A stretch of DNA of 46,251 nt from a bacterium (GTDB lineage: Bacteria > SZUA-182 > DTGQ01 > JAFGSM01), in contig JBLIRP010000018.1 of assembly GCA_049472355.1 (NCBI GenBank), positions 1 through 46,251 of the forward strand, written 5' to 3'. Below, piece after piece: positions 38,088 to 46,251 of the stretch (positions are counted from its first letter, which is position 1; every line of letters starts with the position of its first letter). The notes below the pieces were generated by a model. That model was given only the letters and a program-made list of their open reading frames with translations, searched no databases and was not told the origin of the DNA. A program made the translations under genes and the position numbers.

Positions 38088-39550
38088 CCCTTGTTATCGG
38101 CGCCGGAATCGGCGGGTTGATCACCGGTGCGCTCCTGGTGAAGAGGGGCTGGCGCGTCATCATCATGGAGCAATCCACGAGGATCGGCGGGTGCTGCGGC
38201 AGTTTTTCCCGATCGGGATTCACCTTCGATATCGGTGCCACGCTCTTCCCTGATATCCTGTGGAGCGGGCTGGATCTTGTCTGCCGGGAATTGGGGCTCG
38301 AATTGGACCGGATTTTTGTGGACCCCTTTGCGCAGGTCTGCATTCCCGGTCACCGGATCGGGCTTTACAGGGATGGGGAGCTGACCAGGGAGGAATGGTC
38401 CCGGGAGTTTCCGGACGAGCGGGAGAGGATATCGGGTGTCCTTAAGTCCCTGCACAGGATAGAGGATCGGATCAGGCAGCATCATGCCGGGGATATTCCC
38501 GGGCAGTTTTCCGCGGAGACGAAGAAGGCGCATCGCCGATTTCAGATCGCACCGTTGCTCTGGACCGCATTCAGATATCCGCACCGATCAGCCCGGGGGA
38601 TGATGCACCGCGCCTTAAGGAATGGCAAGATATTGCCCGGATTCGATCTCCAGACCCTTTTTTGGGGACAGACGGAATGCGGGGAATCCAGCCTTGCATA
38701 CACGGCCATGGTTTCCGGATTGCATCTCAACGGGGGATTCTGCCTGAGGGGCGGGGGCATCTCCCTGTGCAACGCCCTTGCTCGATACATAGAGATGCAC
38801 GGGGGGGAGATTCGGCTCAAATCCCCCGTCAAAGAGATTATGATGCGCAAGAGAAGGGCGGTAGGGTTGCAGCTCGCCGGCGGGGAGGTTCTGGAAGGGC
38901 GTTGTTATATCGCCAATACCGTCCCGTGGGTGCTCTATGAGCGGCTCCTTTCCGAGGGATTCGGCAGAAACCGGATGATACGCACATTATCCAGGGTGCC
39001 TTCCCCACACGGGGTGTTTACCCTCTTTTTGGGGGTCAAGGAGAGCTGTCTGCCGTCGCAGATGGGGCACAAGGTCTTCTTTCTCCCCCCCATGGTGAAT
39101 GAAGAGGAATGGATCGGCCCGCTCTTCATCTCACTTGCCCCTCAAGAGGATGAGGGAAGGGTTCCTGATGGATGCAGGGCCATGACGGTGTTTCATTACA
39201 CCTCCTCAAAGGGATGGTATCGGGGCAAGGAGTACAGGCAGAACAAGGAGCGGATGGAGAACAGGGTGATACATGCCCTCAAGGGGCTCATTCCCTTCCT
39301 GGATGAAGGGATCTCCGTTCACGAATCCGCAACCCCCCTGACCTATGAACAGTTTACCGGGCGACCGGGGGGAGTGGTCAACGGTATCCCTCAGGTGGTT
39401 CGCGTTGCGGCAAACAGTGCATTGTCGGACACCACGTGTTACCGCGACCTGTTTATGATCAGCGACTGCACCTCTCCCGGTCTGGGGGTGGAGGGAATAT
39501 GCCAGTCCAGTTTGAGGCTGGTGGACCGGATCTGCAAGCGGTACGAATGA
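38075..39550 (+). CDS. FAD-dependent oxidoreductase, phytoene desaturase (CrtI/CrtISO) superfamily
   Basis: IGAGIGGL, GGCCGSF, FDIGA, ATPLTY, and C-terminal DCTSPGLG. Confidence 0.85.
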   Translation: MDDVALVIGAGIGGLITGALLVKRGWRVIIMEQSTRIGGCCGSFSRSGFTFDIGATLFPDILWSGLDLVCRELGLELDRIFVDPFAQVCIPGHRIGLYRDGELTREEWSREFPDERERISGVLKSLHRIEDRIRQHHAGDIPGQFSAETKKAHRRFQIAPLLWTAFRYPHRSARGMMHRALRNGKILPGFDLQTLFWGQTECGESSLAYTAMVSGLHLNGGFCLRGGGISLCNALARYIEMHGGEIRLKSPVKEIMMRKRRAVGLQLAGGEVLEGRCYIANTVPWVLYERLLSEGFGRNRMIRTLSRVPSPHGVFTLFLGVKESCLPSQMGHKVFFLPPMVNEEEWIGPLFISLAPQEDEGRVPDGCRAMTVFHYTSSKGWYRGKEYRQNKERMENRVIHALKGLIPFLDEGISVHESATPLTYEQFTGRPGGVVNGIPQVVRVAANSALSDTTCYRDLFMISDCTSPGLGVEGICQSSLRLVDRICKRYE

Positions 39551-39571
39551 TGAACGGTTTCCGGAGGGAGA

Positions 39572-40900
39572 GTGGCCAGGGGACATATTTTGATCGTGGA
39601 TGATGAGAACCGGATACGCTCCTCCCTTGGGGGGATCCTCAGGGACGAGGGGTATGACGTCAGTTGCGCGGAGGATGGTACGCACGCACTGGAAAGGATA
39701 GAGGAGGAGAATCCCGATCTCATGTTGCTCGATATCTGGATGCCGGGCATTGACGGCATGGAGGTGCTCAAGCGGACAAAGGAGCAGTGGCCGGACATCG
39801 CCGTGGTCATGATCTCCGGTCACGGAAATATAGAGACCGCGGTAAAGGCGATAAAGATGGGGGCCTACGATTTCATTGAAAAGCCCCTGTCCCTCGAGAA
39901 GACCATCCTGATCGTGCAGCACGCCCTGGAGACGCAGCGGCTCGCCAATGAGAACAGGAGGCTCAGGCTCAAGGACGAGAATCGCTACCGGATCATCGGG
40001 ATGAGCAATCCCGTTGAGGATCTCAGACGCCAGATCAGCCTGGCGGCCCCTACCAACGGATGGGTCCTCATAACGGGTGAGAACGGCACCGGCAAGGAGC
40101 TGGTGGCACGGGAGATTCACAACCGGAGCCACAGGGCGGACAAACCGCTGGTGGGCGTCAACTGCGCGGCGATTCCCGATGAGCTCATCGAAAGCGAACT
40201 CTTCGGTCATGAACGCGGGGCCTTTACCGGCGCCACCCTCAAGCGAAAGGGGAAATTCGAACTGGCCGATCAGGGCACCCTGTTTCTGGACGAGGTGGGG
40301 GATATGAGCTTGAAGACCCAGGCAAAGGTCTTGAGGGCACTGGAGGAACAATGCTTCCACCGGGTGGGGGGACACAAGACCATCTCCGTGGATGTACGGG
40401 TGATCGCCGCCTCGAACAAGGACCTGAAACAGGAGATGGAGGAGGGCAGGTTCAGGGAGGACCTCTACTATCGGCTGCACGTGATCCCCATTACCATCCC
40501 CCCGCTCAGGGAACGGAAGGAGGATATCCCGCTGTTGGTGGAGCACTTCCTGAATGTGTTTGCCACCGATCTCGGGCAGCCGGAGAAGGCGCCCGCCAAA
40601 GAGGCGATGCAGATCCTTCTCACCTACGATTGGCCCGGCAACATCAGGGAACTGAAGAATCTCCTGGAGCGATTGGTCATCATGGTGCCCGGATCACGCA
40701 TCAGCCCCATGGATATACCGGAGCCCTTTCGCAAGGAGCATCTGCAGCCCTCACTCAAAGAGGGGAAGCGGGAGTATGAGCGCTATCTGATCGGAAGGAC
40801 ACTCAAGGCATGCAGGGGAAATATCTCCCAGGCGGCGAAACAGCTCAAGATAGAACGAAGCCTCCTCCACCAGAAGATCAAATCCTTTGGCCTGCAGTGA
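39572..40900 (+). CDS. Sigma54-dependent response regulator (NtrC/NtrX family)
   Basis: Receiver domain (LDIWMP), GENGTGKE, ESELFGHERGAFTGA, WPGNIREL, Fis-type HTH. Confidence 0.95.
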   Translation: MARGHILIVDDENRIRSSLGGILRDEGYDVSCAEDGTHALERIEEENPDLMLLDIWMPGIDGMEVLKRTKEQWPDIAVVMISGHGNIETAVKAIKMGAYDFIEKPLSLEKTILIVQHALETQRLANENRRLRLKDENRYRIIGMSNPVEDLRRQISLAAPTNGWVLITGENGTGKELVAREIHNRSHRADKPLVGVNCAAIPDELIESELFGHERGAFTGATLKRKGKFELADQGTLFLDEVGDMSLKTQAKVLRALEEQCFHRVGGHKTISVDVRVIAASNKDLKQEMEEGRFREDLYYRLHVIPITIPPLRERKEDIPLLVEHFLNVFATDLGQPEKAPAKEAMQILLTYDWPGNIRELKNLLERLVIMVPGSRISPMDIPEPFRKEHLQPSLKEGKREYERYLIGRTLKACRGNISQAAKQLKIERSLLHQKIKSFGLQ

Positions 40901-41049
40901 CAGAGTGACGTCGGCGTATAATCACCCAACATCCCCTTAAACTTCTTTTGAGAGTGTATTGGGAGATCCTTGGGAATCGCAGGGATTTTTTGCGTCGGCG
41001 CCTGCCGCTCAGCCACCTGGGCCATCATTTATTTGCCCGGAGATTCCGT

Positions 41050-41733
41050 TCACAGAAGCTGCACCACGAGGATGGCCAGGTTGCCGCAGGCATGAATGAT
41101 CATTGGGGTGAGCAGGCTCCCTGAATACTCGAAGGAGAGGGTAAAGAGGATCGCCCCCAGCGCCTGAATGACGAGGGAAACGGAGATCCGTCCATGGGCG
41201 GCTGCAAAGAGGGGTACGACGATCGCAATGGAAAGGAGGAGGGGCAGTTTTTTCCTGAGGGCGTTATAGACAATGCCGATGAATACAAGGTCCTCGACCA
41301 AGGGGCCGATAAGACATCCCACCAGCACGTAGGCGATGAGCCTGCGGGCTGATTGCATCCGCATGCTGCCCAAAAGCCTGTGCGCAGGGACCCCTGCCAG
41401 GTGGAGGATGACGCCGACACCGCCGACTAAGGCGCCGAATCCGCAACACCACAGGATACCATGCAACAATCCCCTCCTGAACAGCGATGGTGAAAGCCCC
41501 AACCGATCGGGGCCGTATCCCCAGTAAGCCAGAAATCCCACGATGAGAAACACCCCTGCAATCCGTTGAAGCGCAATAAAAAGGAGCGAGGGGACAGCTA
41601 TGGCGCTCGGGGATTGCTGATAGACAATGGCGCTTCCGATTTCCAGGCAGATAAGAAGGAAAAAGAGGAAGAAGGCCTTGCCTAGGGGAAGGGCCTGGGT
41701 AGTATGCCTCTCTTTGAAGGTGACTGGCTCCAT
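41050..41733 (-). CDS. CPBP (CAAX/Abi) family intramembrane glutamic protease
   Basis: Multiple TM helices; PLVEDLVF (EE motif altered to ED, Arg missing), FAAAH, HACGN. Confidence 0.8.
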   Translation of the reverse strand: MEPVTFKERHTTQALPLGKAFFLFFLLICLEIGSAIVYQQSPSAIAVPSLLFIALQRIAGVFLIVGFLAYWGYGPDRLGLSPSLFRRGLLHGILWCCGFGALVGGVGVILHLAGVPAHRLLGSMRMQSARRLIAYVLVGCLIGPLVEDLVFIGIVYNALRKKLPLLLSIAIVVPLFAAAHGRISVSLVIQALGAILFTLSFEYSGSLLTPMIIHACGNLAILVVQLL

Positions 41734-43313
41734 CCTATCTCCCTTAAGGCGATATAGGCGGTTGTTTTAAGATACCATTCCCTTGTTGATGTTACAATCT
41801 CCAGGAGCTGATCGCGTGCCTGCATGGCCTTCATCTTCCCCAGACTCCTGGCGGCGTGGTACGCCACGTCCGGATTCGGGTCGTGTAACAGGGGTATGAG
41901 ATCATCAATCCCCTCCCTGCCCTCAGTGAGTGCGAGAAGGTCAATCCCCCATTTTCGCACCACCGGATGAGGATCATTGAGCATCGCAATAAAATGGCCG
42001 GAATACAGCCGTGCCTGTTTGCGGTCATGTTCGATGCATTCCCACAGAGCGATGGCGGCGGTAATTTTATCGCCCGGGGCCTTTCCCGCAATAATGCTCA
42101 CCAACCCCTCTGTGTCGCAGGCCGCCCGTTTGGGACCGACAATCGCGCTGAGCCCTATAAGGAGGAGCAGAAACAGGAGAAATGCCGCCAGGGCATCCCT
42201 GGTGGGACCCGGATTCGAAAAGGGAAGGCCGGCAAGAAGGACAAGGAGGGTGAACAAAAAGAAGATCCCCATAAGGGGCCACACCTGAAAGAGGCTCACC
42301 CTGACGGCCCTCCTGAGGACGAAGGCCCGATCCGCATCGTCATTATATTCCTTGAGCAGGATGTCGGGGTCCTTGATGAAGGCATGCAGATCCTTCTGAA
42401 TGCACACCCGGCGGTGGCGGGAAAGGACGCACAGTTCCCCGTCGGCGGCAATTTTTTTGATCCGCGCATCCGCCGGGGCATTCTCTCCGATGTAGATATC
42501 GCGCCACGCGAGGATTTGTTCGATGCGCTTGAGCTCCTTTTCCGTGAATCCCTCCCTGTCGACCCGCAAGACCCTTTGGAGCTTCTGATCGAAGGTCTTT
42601 ATCACCCGGGCGGGATAGAGGGTATAGCGATAGTAGAAATCGACGATCCCCCTTCCGACGGCGCTTCTCCCGAATACCCCGTCCCTCAAACGGACGAAAT
42701 CATGCCCGGTGAGCGTGGGGTTGAACAGCATGTAGACAACCGTCACGGTCCCCACCAGTCCCGTTACATAGGGCATGACCTCGGTCATCCGGTGACGTCC
42801 GCGCGCGGGGAACCGGCCACGGGAACAAACACAATGGATCAGCACGGGAACGGCCATGAGAAAGAGCCCGAAGGGCCACATCCCCCTCCATCCCGATGAG
42901 ATGATATACAGGATGAGGGCCGGCACAACAACGGCCATGAGCAGGATGGTCCGTATCTTAGGACGCGGTGCGAGCACCCAGAAGGGAATGCCCCACAGGA
43001 ATGCATAGCACAGCCCCACGGACAGAGAGAAAAAAAGCCCCCCTGCGGCATAGGTCTTCAAGGATCTGATCTGAGACCGGAGGGCCGTGCCCGGAACCGC
43101 AATGTATCCGGCCTTTTCGAGCCATTCCTGCTCCCTCAAAAGGTCCCGGTTGCTGCGTGCCACCAGGATGCCGCCCATCAATTCACCCGCTATGAACCCG
43201 ACGAGCAGACAGAGGAACAAAAACCACGTCAGGGAACCGAATGAGACTCGCCTGCTCGATGACGGTGCGCTGCTGCACGCCATGGAACGATTTCCCATTG
43301 CCGGATTCAGCAT
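41682..43313 (-). CDS. Polytopic membrane protein with C-terminal HEAT repeats
   Basis: Several hydrophobic helices; LNDPHPVVR and LHDPNPDVAYHAARSLG PBS-lyase-type repeats. Confidence 0.75.
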   Translation of the reverse strand: MLNPAMGNRSMACSSAPSSSRRVSFGSLTWFLFLCLLVGFIAGELMGGILVARSNRDLLREQEWLEKAGYIAVPGTALRSQIRSLKTYAAGGLFFSLSVGLCYAFLWGIPFWVLAPRPKIRTILLMAVVVPALILYIISSGWRGMWPFGLFLMAVPVLIHCVCSRGRFPARGRHRMTEVMPYVTGLVGTVTVVYMLFNPTLTGHDFVRLRDGVFGRSAVGRGIVDFYYRYTLYPARVIKTFDQKLQRVLRVDREGFTEKELKRIEQILAWRDIYIGENAPADARIKKIAADGELCVLSRHRRVCIQKDLHAFIKDPDILLKEYNDDADRAFVLRRAVRVSLFQVWPLMGIFFLFTLLVLLAGLPFSNPGPTRDALAAFLLFLLLLIGLSAIVGPKRAACDTEGLVSIIAGKAPGDKITAAIALWECIEHDRKQARLYSGHFIAMLNDPHPVVRKWGIDLLALTEGREGIDDLIPLLHDPNPDVAYHAARSLGKMKAMQARDQLLEIVTSTREWYLKTTAYIALREIGWSQSPSKRGILPRPFP

Positions 43314-43517
43314 GCTATTTTACGTGTTCCCCTATCGATGCCTTGTGTCACGAACGGCAGGCGCATGACGCGGCCATTCACAACAACAGAATTATACAAT
43401 CGCATACTATATGGGACTGTTCTTATAATTGATGCTAAAACAGTAATAAGGATTTTCATTATACCACGTCAAATAAAATAGAAAAACATGTTGTTTGCCA
43501 TTGTTCAGGAGTCAACA

Positions 43518-44111
43518 ATGCACGAAAAGACACCTCCATTCAATCCGCTTATCGCGATGTTTGAACAAGCGACCCGTAAGGCATTTTCCTGCTATCCGGA
43601 GCTTTATGACCGCGATGTATCCGAGCATATATGCTCTCACATCCTCTCCGAATTCGTGAGGACCGACAGGCTCTACTGGATTCGGGACAAGGAAGGAAAG
43701 AGGCTCGGCGAGATCCCCGATATGCTGGCGGAAGGGGATGTGCTTCTTCGTGCCGAAAGCATGGAAAAGGAACTGGCGGTACAGGAGCACATCGGCAACT
43801 TCTCCCTGTTCATGTCCGGGCTTTTCCCCAGGGACTCCGGGCGCCTCACCAACAGAATCCCGCTCAACATGAGAAAGGATCGGATCTACCTGGCCCTCTA
43901 CATGACCCTGCATTCTACCGACAAGGGCATAGACTACTACATCATCCAGGGGAGGAAGGCCTATGAGAAGGCATCAAGGATCTACAAGGGACTCAATGAC
44001 CTCAAGGCGTCCCTCCTCAAGAGGCTGAGCCAGCGTTTCGAGTCCTATGTCTGCCTCATGCAGACCATCAACGACTACCTCGTTACCCCCGGCCTCGTTG
44101 CAGGCACATAA
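43518..44111 (+). CDS. Conserved hypothetical protein
   Basis: AGGAG SD before ATG 43518, host-like codon usage, motif HIGNFSLFMSGLFP. No recombinase motifs seen. Confidence 0.75.
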   Translation: MHEKTPPFNPLIAMFEQATRKAFSCYPELYDRDVSEHICSHILSEFVRTDRLYWIRDKEGKRLGEIPDMLAEGDVLLRAESMEKELAVQEHIGNFSLFMSGLFPRDSGRLTNRIPLNMRKDRIYLALYMTLHSTDKGIDYYIIQGRKAYEKASRIYKGLNDLKASLLKRLSQRFESYVCLMQTINDYLVTPGLVAGT

Positions 44112-44297
44112 GCTCACCCGAGAGCACTTCCCTTTTCGTCCCATGAAGGGAATTCTCTTTGCCGGCATTTTCATGTCGGACAGGGCAATTTCAATGCACA
44201 GGGGCTCATCAAGGACATCCTGATAGAGAAAAAAACAGGGCGCTTAGGATACGACGGTAGGTCGACGCAGATACCTGACCATCGGGTTATTCTTTTC

Positions 44298-44326
44298 TTG
44301 ATTTTCCATATACCATCATATAGTAT
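44298..44326 (+). promoter_or_regulatory. Putative Pc-like promoter upstream of the cassette array
   Basis: TTGATT-N17-TAGTAT pointing into the array. Confidence 0.45.
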
Positions 44327-44398
44327 CGCAATATGTGGAAATAAACAGGGAAAAATGTAATAACTGGAAAGCGAAGCGCCAAATTTTCCATATTTTGC

Positions 44399-44482
44399 GT
44401 TTAATATGAGAATAAGTGGAAAACCCGTCCGTCTATAGGGGCTGATATGGCGGACAGCTTTCCACTTATTGCACTGTTATGT
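44399..44482 (+). other. Array head recombination site (attI-like or degenerate attC)
   Basis: Ends in GTTATGT (44476-44482). GTTATGTGC is the exact complement of GCACATAAC at the end of cassette 1. It is preceded by a hairpin with arms AATAAGTGGAAA/TTTCCACTTATT. Confidence 0.7.
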
Positions 44483-44534
44483 GCTGTAAAATTAATCGTT
44501 TTTGATATATAATATTATAAATGGAGAAATTATT

Positions 44535-44747
44535 ATGAAATTGGAAGAAAAAATAATACAAAAAATACATGAATTACCGGAATCTGAAAAAGCAGAAATC
44601 CTTGATTTCATAGAATACCTTAAAACAAAGAAAGTAAAAAAGGAAAATAAAAATTGGACTAAATTTTCTCTATCCTCCGCGATGCGAGGAATGGAGGATG
44701 AACAAACGCCTTATTCCCTTGATGATCTCAAGGAATCATTTTCATGA
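44535..44747 (+). CDS. DUF2281-like antitoxin (cassette 1)
   Basis: IHELPESEKAEILDFIEYL pattern; GGAG SD; ATGA overlap with the toxin gene. Confidence 0.8.
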   Translation: MKLEEKIIQKIHELPESEKAEILDFIEYLKTKKVKKENKNWTKFSLSSAMRGMEDEQTPYSLDDLKESFS

Positions 44748-45091
44748 TTGCAGAAGGTCAAATCGCCCTTTTCAGATTTCCTCAAACAGACCAAGCAGAA
44801 GGAAAACTTCGTCCTGCCCTTATACTTCGTCAGTTGCCTGGTCAATATAACGACTGGCTAATCTGTATGATATCCTCACAGATTGATCAAAGAATTACTG
44901 ATTTTGACGAGATAATTTCTTCTAACGATCCTGATTTCAAACAGTCTGGCTTGAAATTATTAAGTGTTATAAGAATAAGTAGAATTGCTGTAGTTAATAG
45001 TGACATTCTTTTGGGTAAGTTAGGGCAAATTGGTAGTCAAAGATTATTTCGAATTAAGCAAAAACTTTCCAATTGGATACTAGGCACATAA
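44744..45091 (+). CDS. PemK/MazF family toxin (cassette 1)
   Basis: GQIALFRFPQTD...KLRPALIL, CMISSQ, SGLK..SVIR; stop codon lies inside attC R''. Confidence 0.88.
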   Translation: MIAEGQIALFRFPQTDQAEGKLRPALILRQLPGQYNDWLICMISSQIDQRITDFDEIISSNDPDFKQSGLKLLSVIRISRIAVVNSDILLGKLGQIGSQRLFRIKQKLSNWILGT

Positions 45092-45180
45092 CTTTCAATC
45101 AACACCGACCTCACTTAGCTGGCCGTGAAAAGCGAAGAGCCACGTAAACCGTCGTGAGGCGGGTTATTTCTAAGTTATAA
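45086..45180 (+). other. attC site 1 (95 bp)
   Basis: R'' ACATAAC, L'' AATCAAC versus L' GTTATT (extra C), central imperfect palindrome, R' GTTATAA. Confidence 0.9.
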
Positions 45181-45192
45181 GAAAAATAAGTA

Positions 45193-45741
45193 ATGAAAAT
45201 CTATGGATATACAATTGAATTAAGACCCGCTCAAGAATCGGATCGCAAGAAAATATATAATTGGCTAACACAATCTAATATAACCTCCTTTATGATGGGA
45301 CCGCCAGAATATCCAGATCATCCCATTCCATCTTGGGAAGAATTTTGTGAAGATTATACTTTATCCTTTTTTAATGCGTCGGGAGATGGTAAAGGAAGAA
45401 ACTATATTATCGTTGTAAACAATGAAGAAATTGGTACAATCGGTTATGATTTACTTGATAAAAATAAAAACAGGGTTGTATTAGATATATGGATGAGTGA
45501 TGAAAAATATTGCGGTCATGGCTATGGAAGCAACGCACTTGATACACTTTGTAAATATATACATAAAACCTACGGTATTACAAATTTCATAATAAGCCCT
45601 TCTGCTAGAAATAAACGAGCAATTGCCGCATATAAAAAAGCCGGTTTTAAATATGTAAGAATAATAAATAAAGAAGAACAAGAAAAAGAATTCGGAAAAA
45701 GCGAATTTGATGATAATATAATTATGATAAAAACCTTATAA
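45193..45741 (+). CDS. GNAT N-acetyltransferase, RimJ/RimL or AAC(6')-like (cassette 2)
   Basis: IGTIGY, LDIWM, CGHGYG, NKRAIAAYKKAGF; stop codon lies inside attC R''. Confidence 0.88.
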   Translation: MKIYGYTIELRPAQESDRKKIYNWLTQSNITSFMMGPPEYPDHPIPSWEEFCEDYTLSFFNASGDGKGRNYIIVVNNEEIGTIGYDLLDKNKNRVVLDIWMSDEKYCGHGYGSNALDTLCKYIHKTYGITNFIISPSARNKRAIAAYKKAGFKYVRIINKEEQEKEFGKSEFDDNIIMIKTL

Positions 45742-45829
45742 CTTTTAATCAACCCGACCTCACTGAGCTGGCCGTGAAAAGCGAAGAGCCACGAAAACCG
45801 TCGTGAGGCGGGTTATTTCCACGTTAGCC
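45736..45829 (+). other. attC site 2 (94 bp)
   Basis: R'' TTATAAC (complement of the GTTATAA that opens this cassette), R' GTTAGCC; about 6 internal differences from attC 1. Confidence 0.9.
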
Positions 45830-45868
45830 GTAGAAAAATAGTATGTCAGCTTATGGAGTACATGATAA

Positions 45869-46251
45869 TTGGAAACCTTCACTGACTTGAGAGACTTAGC
45901 GGAAAACCCTCAATATCAATCGCAAAAACAGAAAACTTTATGCGATCTGAATGATGACATGATTGACATGCCTATTGTAGGTCTGATCAATGGGTTTAAC
46001 GAATTGCCATATTGTTTTACTCTGCAAAGCTGTTATGGCCACTTTGTCTACAACGGTCAAAATGATGCTCATAATCTTGATCCATTGCCGACAGAAAAAG
46101 CCGTTGCCGAAGTGGAATACAGGATCGCCTACGTTGCATTCTGCATTGAGAACAGTGCTTCGGGAAGATGGCTGTTTGATGCATTAAAGGAAATCCCGAC
46201 TATCGATCAAAAAAACATCCAGCTTTGTTGTGCGGAATGGTTCTGGGAAAG
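45869..46251 (+). CDS. Hypothetical protein with a TYW3-like N-terminal motif (cassette 3, partial; absent from the ORF track)
   Basis: TTG start with GGAG upstream; frame is open to the window end: METFTDLRDL...IDMPIVGLINGFNELPYCFTLQSCYGH...CCAEWFWE. Confidence 0.75.
   Translation, partial: METFTDLRDLAENPQYQSQKQKTLCDLNDDMIDMPIVGLINGFNELPYCFTLQSCYGHFVYNGQNDAHNLDPLPTEKAVAEVEYRIAYVAFCIENSASGRWLFDALKEIPTIDQKNIQLCCAEWFWE

Larger units (their letters stand above)
44477..46251 (+). mobile_element. Integron gene cassette array with no integrase in the window (CALIN-like); runs off the window
   Basis: Two attC sites, co-oriented AT-rich genes, stop codons inside the R'' boxes. Cassettes are 44477-45174, 45175-45823 and 45824->46251. 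Confidence 0.9.

Noticed and set aside
43488..44300. Integron integrase upstream of the cassette array
   Set aside because: The + strand ORF has no tyrosine recombinase R-H-R-Y pattern that I can see, and the - strand ORFs are short antisense shadows.
45086..45829. CRISPR array from the two ~95-bp repeats
   Set aside because: The repeats are too long, are separated by a whole gene, and have attC architecture; no cas genes are present.

Overview
Gene-dense, moderately GC-rich bacterial chromosomal segment whose gene content and order resemble an anaerobic Gram-negative, Deltaproteobacteria-like lineage (taxonomy is inferred, not shown). From left to right: the 3' end of lptB; an IHF/HU gene; an rpoN-hpf-ptsN-hprK-EIIA(Man)-GH57-ptsH-ptsI cluster; an Fe-S/CCG oxidoreductase; a secreted Tyr/Gly-repeat protein; leuCD-like hydro-lyase, pgpA, pilD, asnA; queH-spoIID-queA; a TPR/LppC lipoprotein convergent with PBP1a; an orphan HEPN gene plus receiver protein; a secreted S8 protease with a Gly/aromatic low-complexity N-terminus; a phosphorylase-like gene with queE-queC; lepB, galU, lon, an Smr protein and a tetraheme cytochrome; a second orphan HEPN paralog heading rhomboid, FAD oxidoreductase and NtrC-type regulator genes; a HEAT membrane protein with a CPBP protease; and a conserved hypothetical gene. 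The last ~1.9 kb turns AT-rich and is an integron-type gene cassette array: two near-identical attC sites and three cassettes (DUF2281/PemK toxin-antitoxin, GNAT, TYW3-like, the last truncated). No integrase gene lies upstream. The array is headed by an unusual hairpin site with six ATANNTGGAAA-like motifs. All protein calls come from motif recognition only; no database searches were run.
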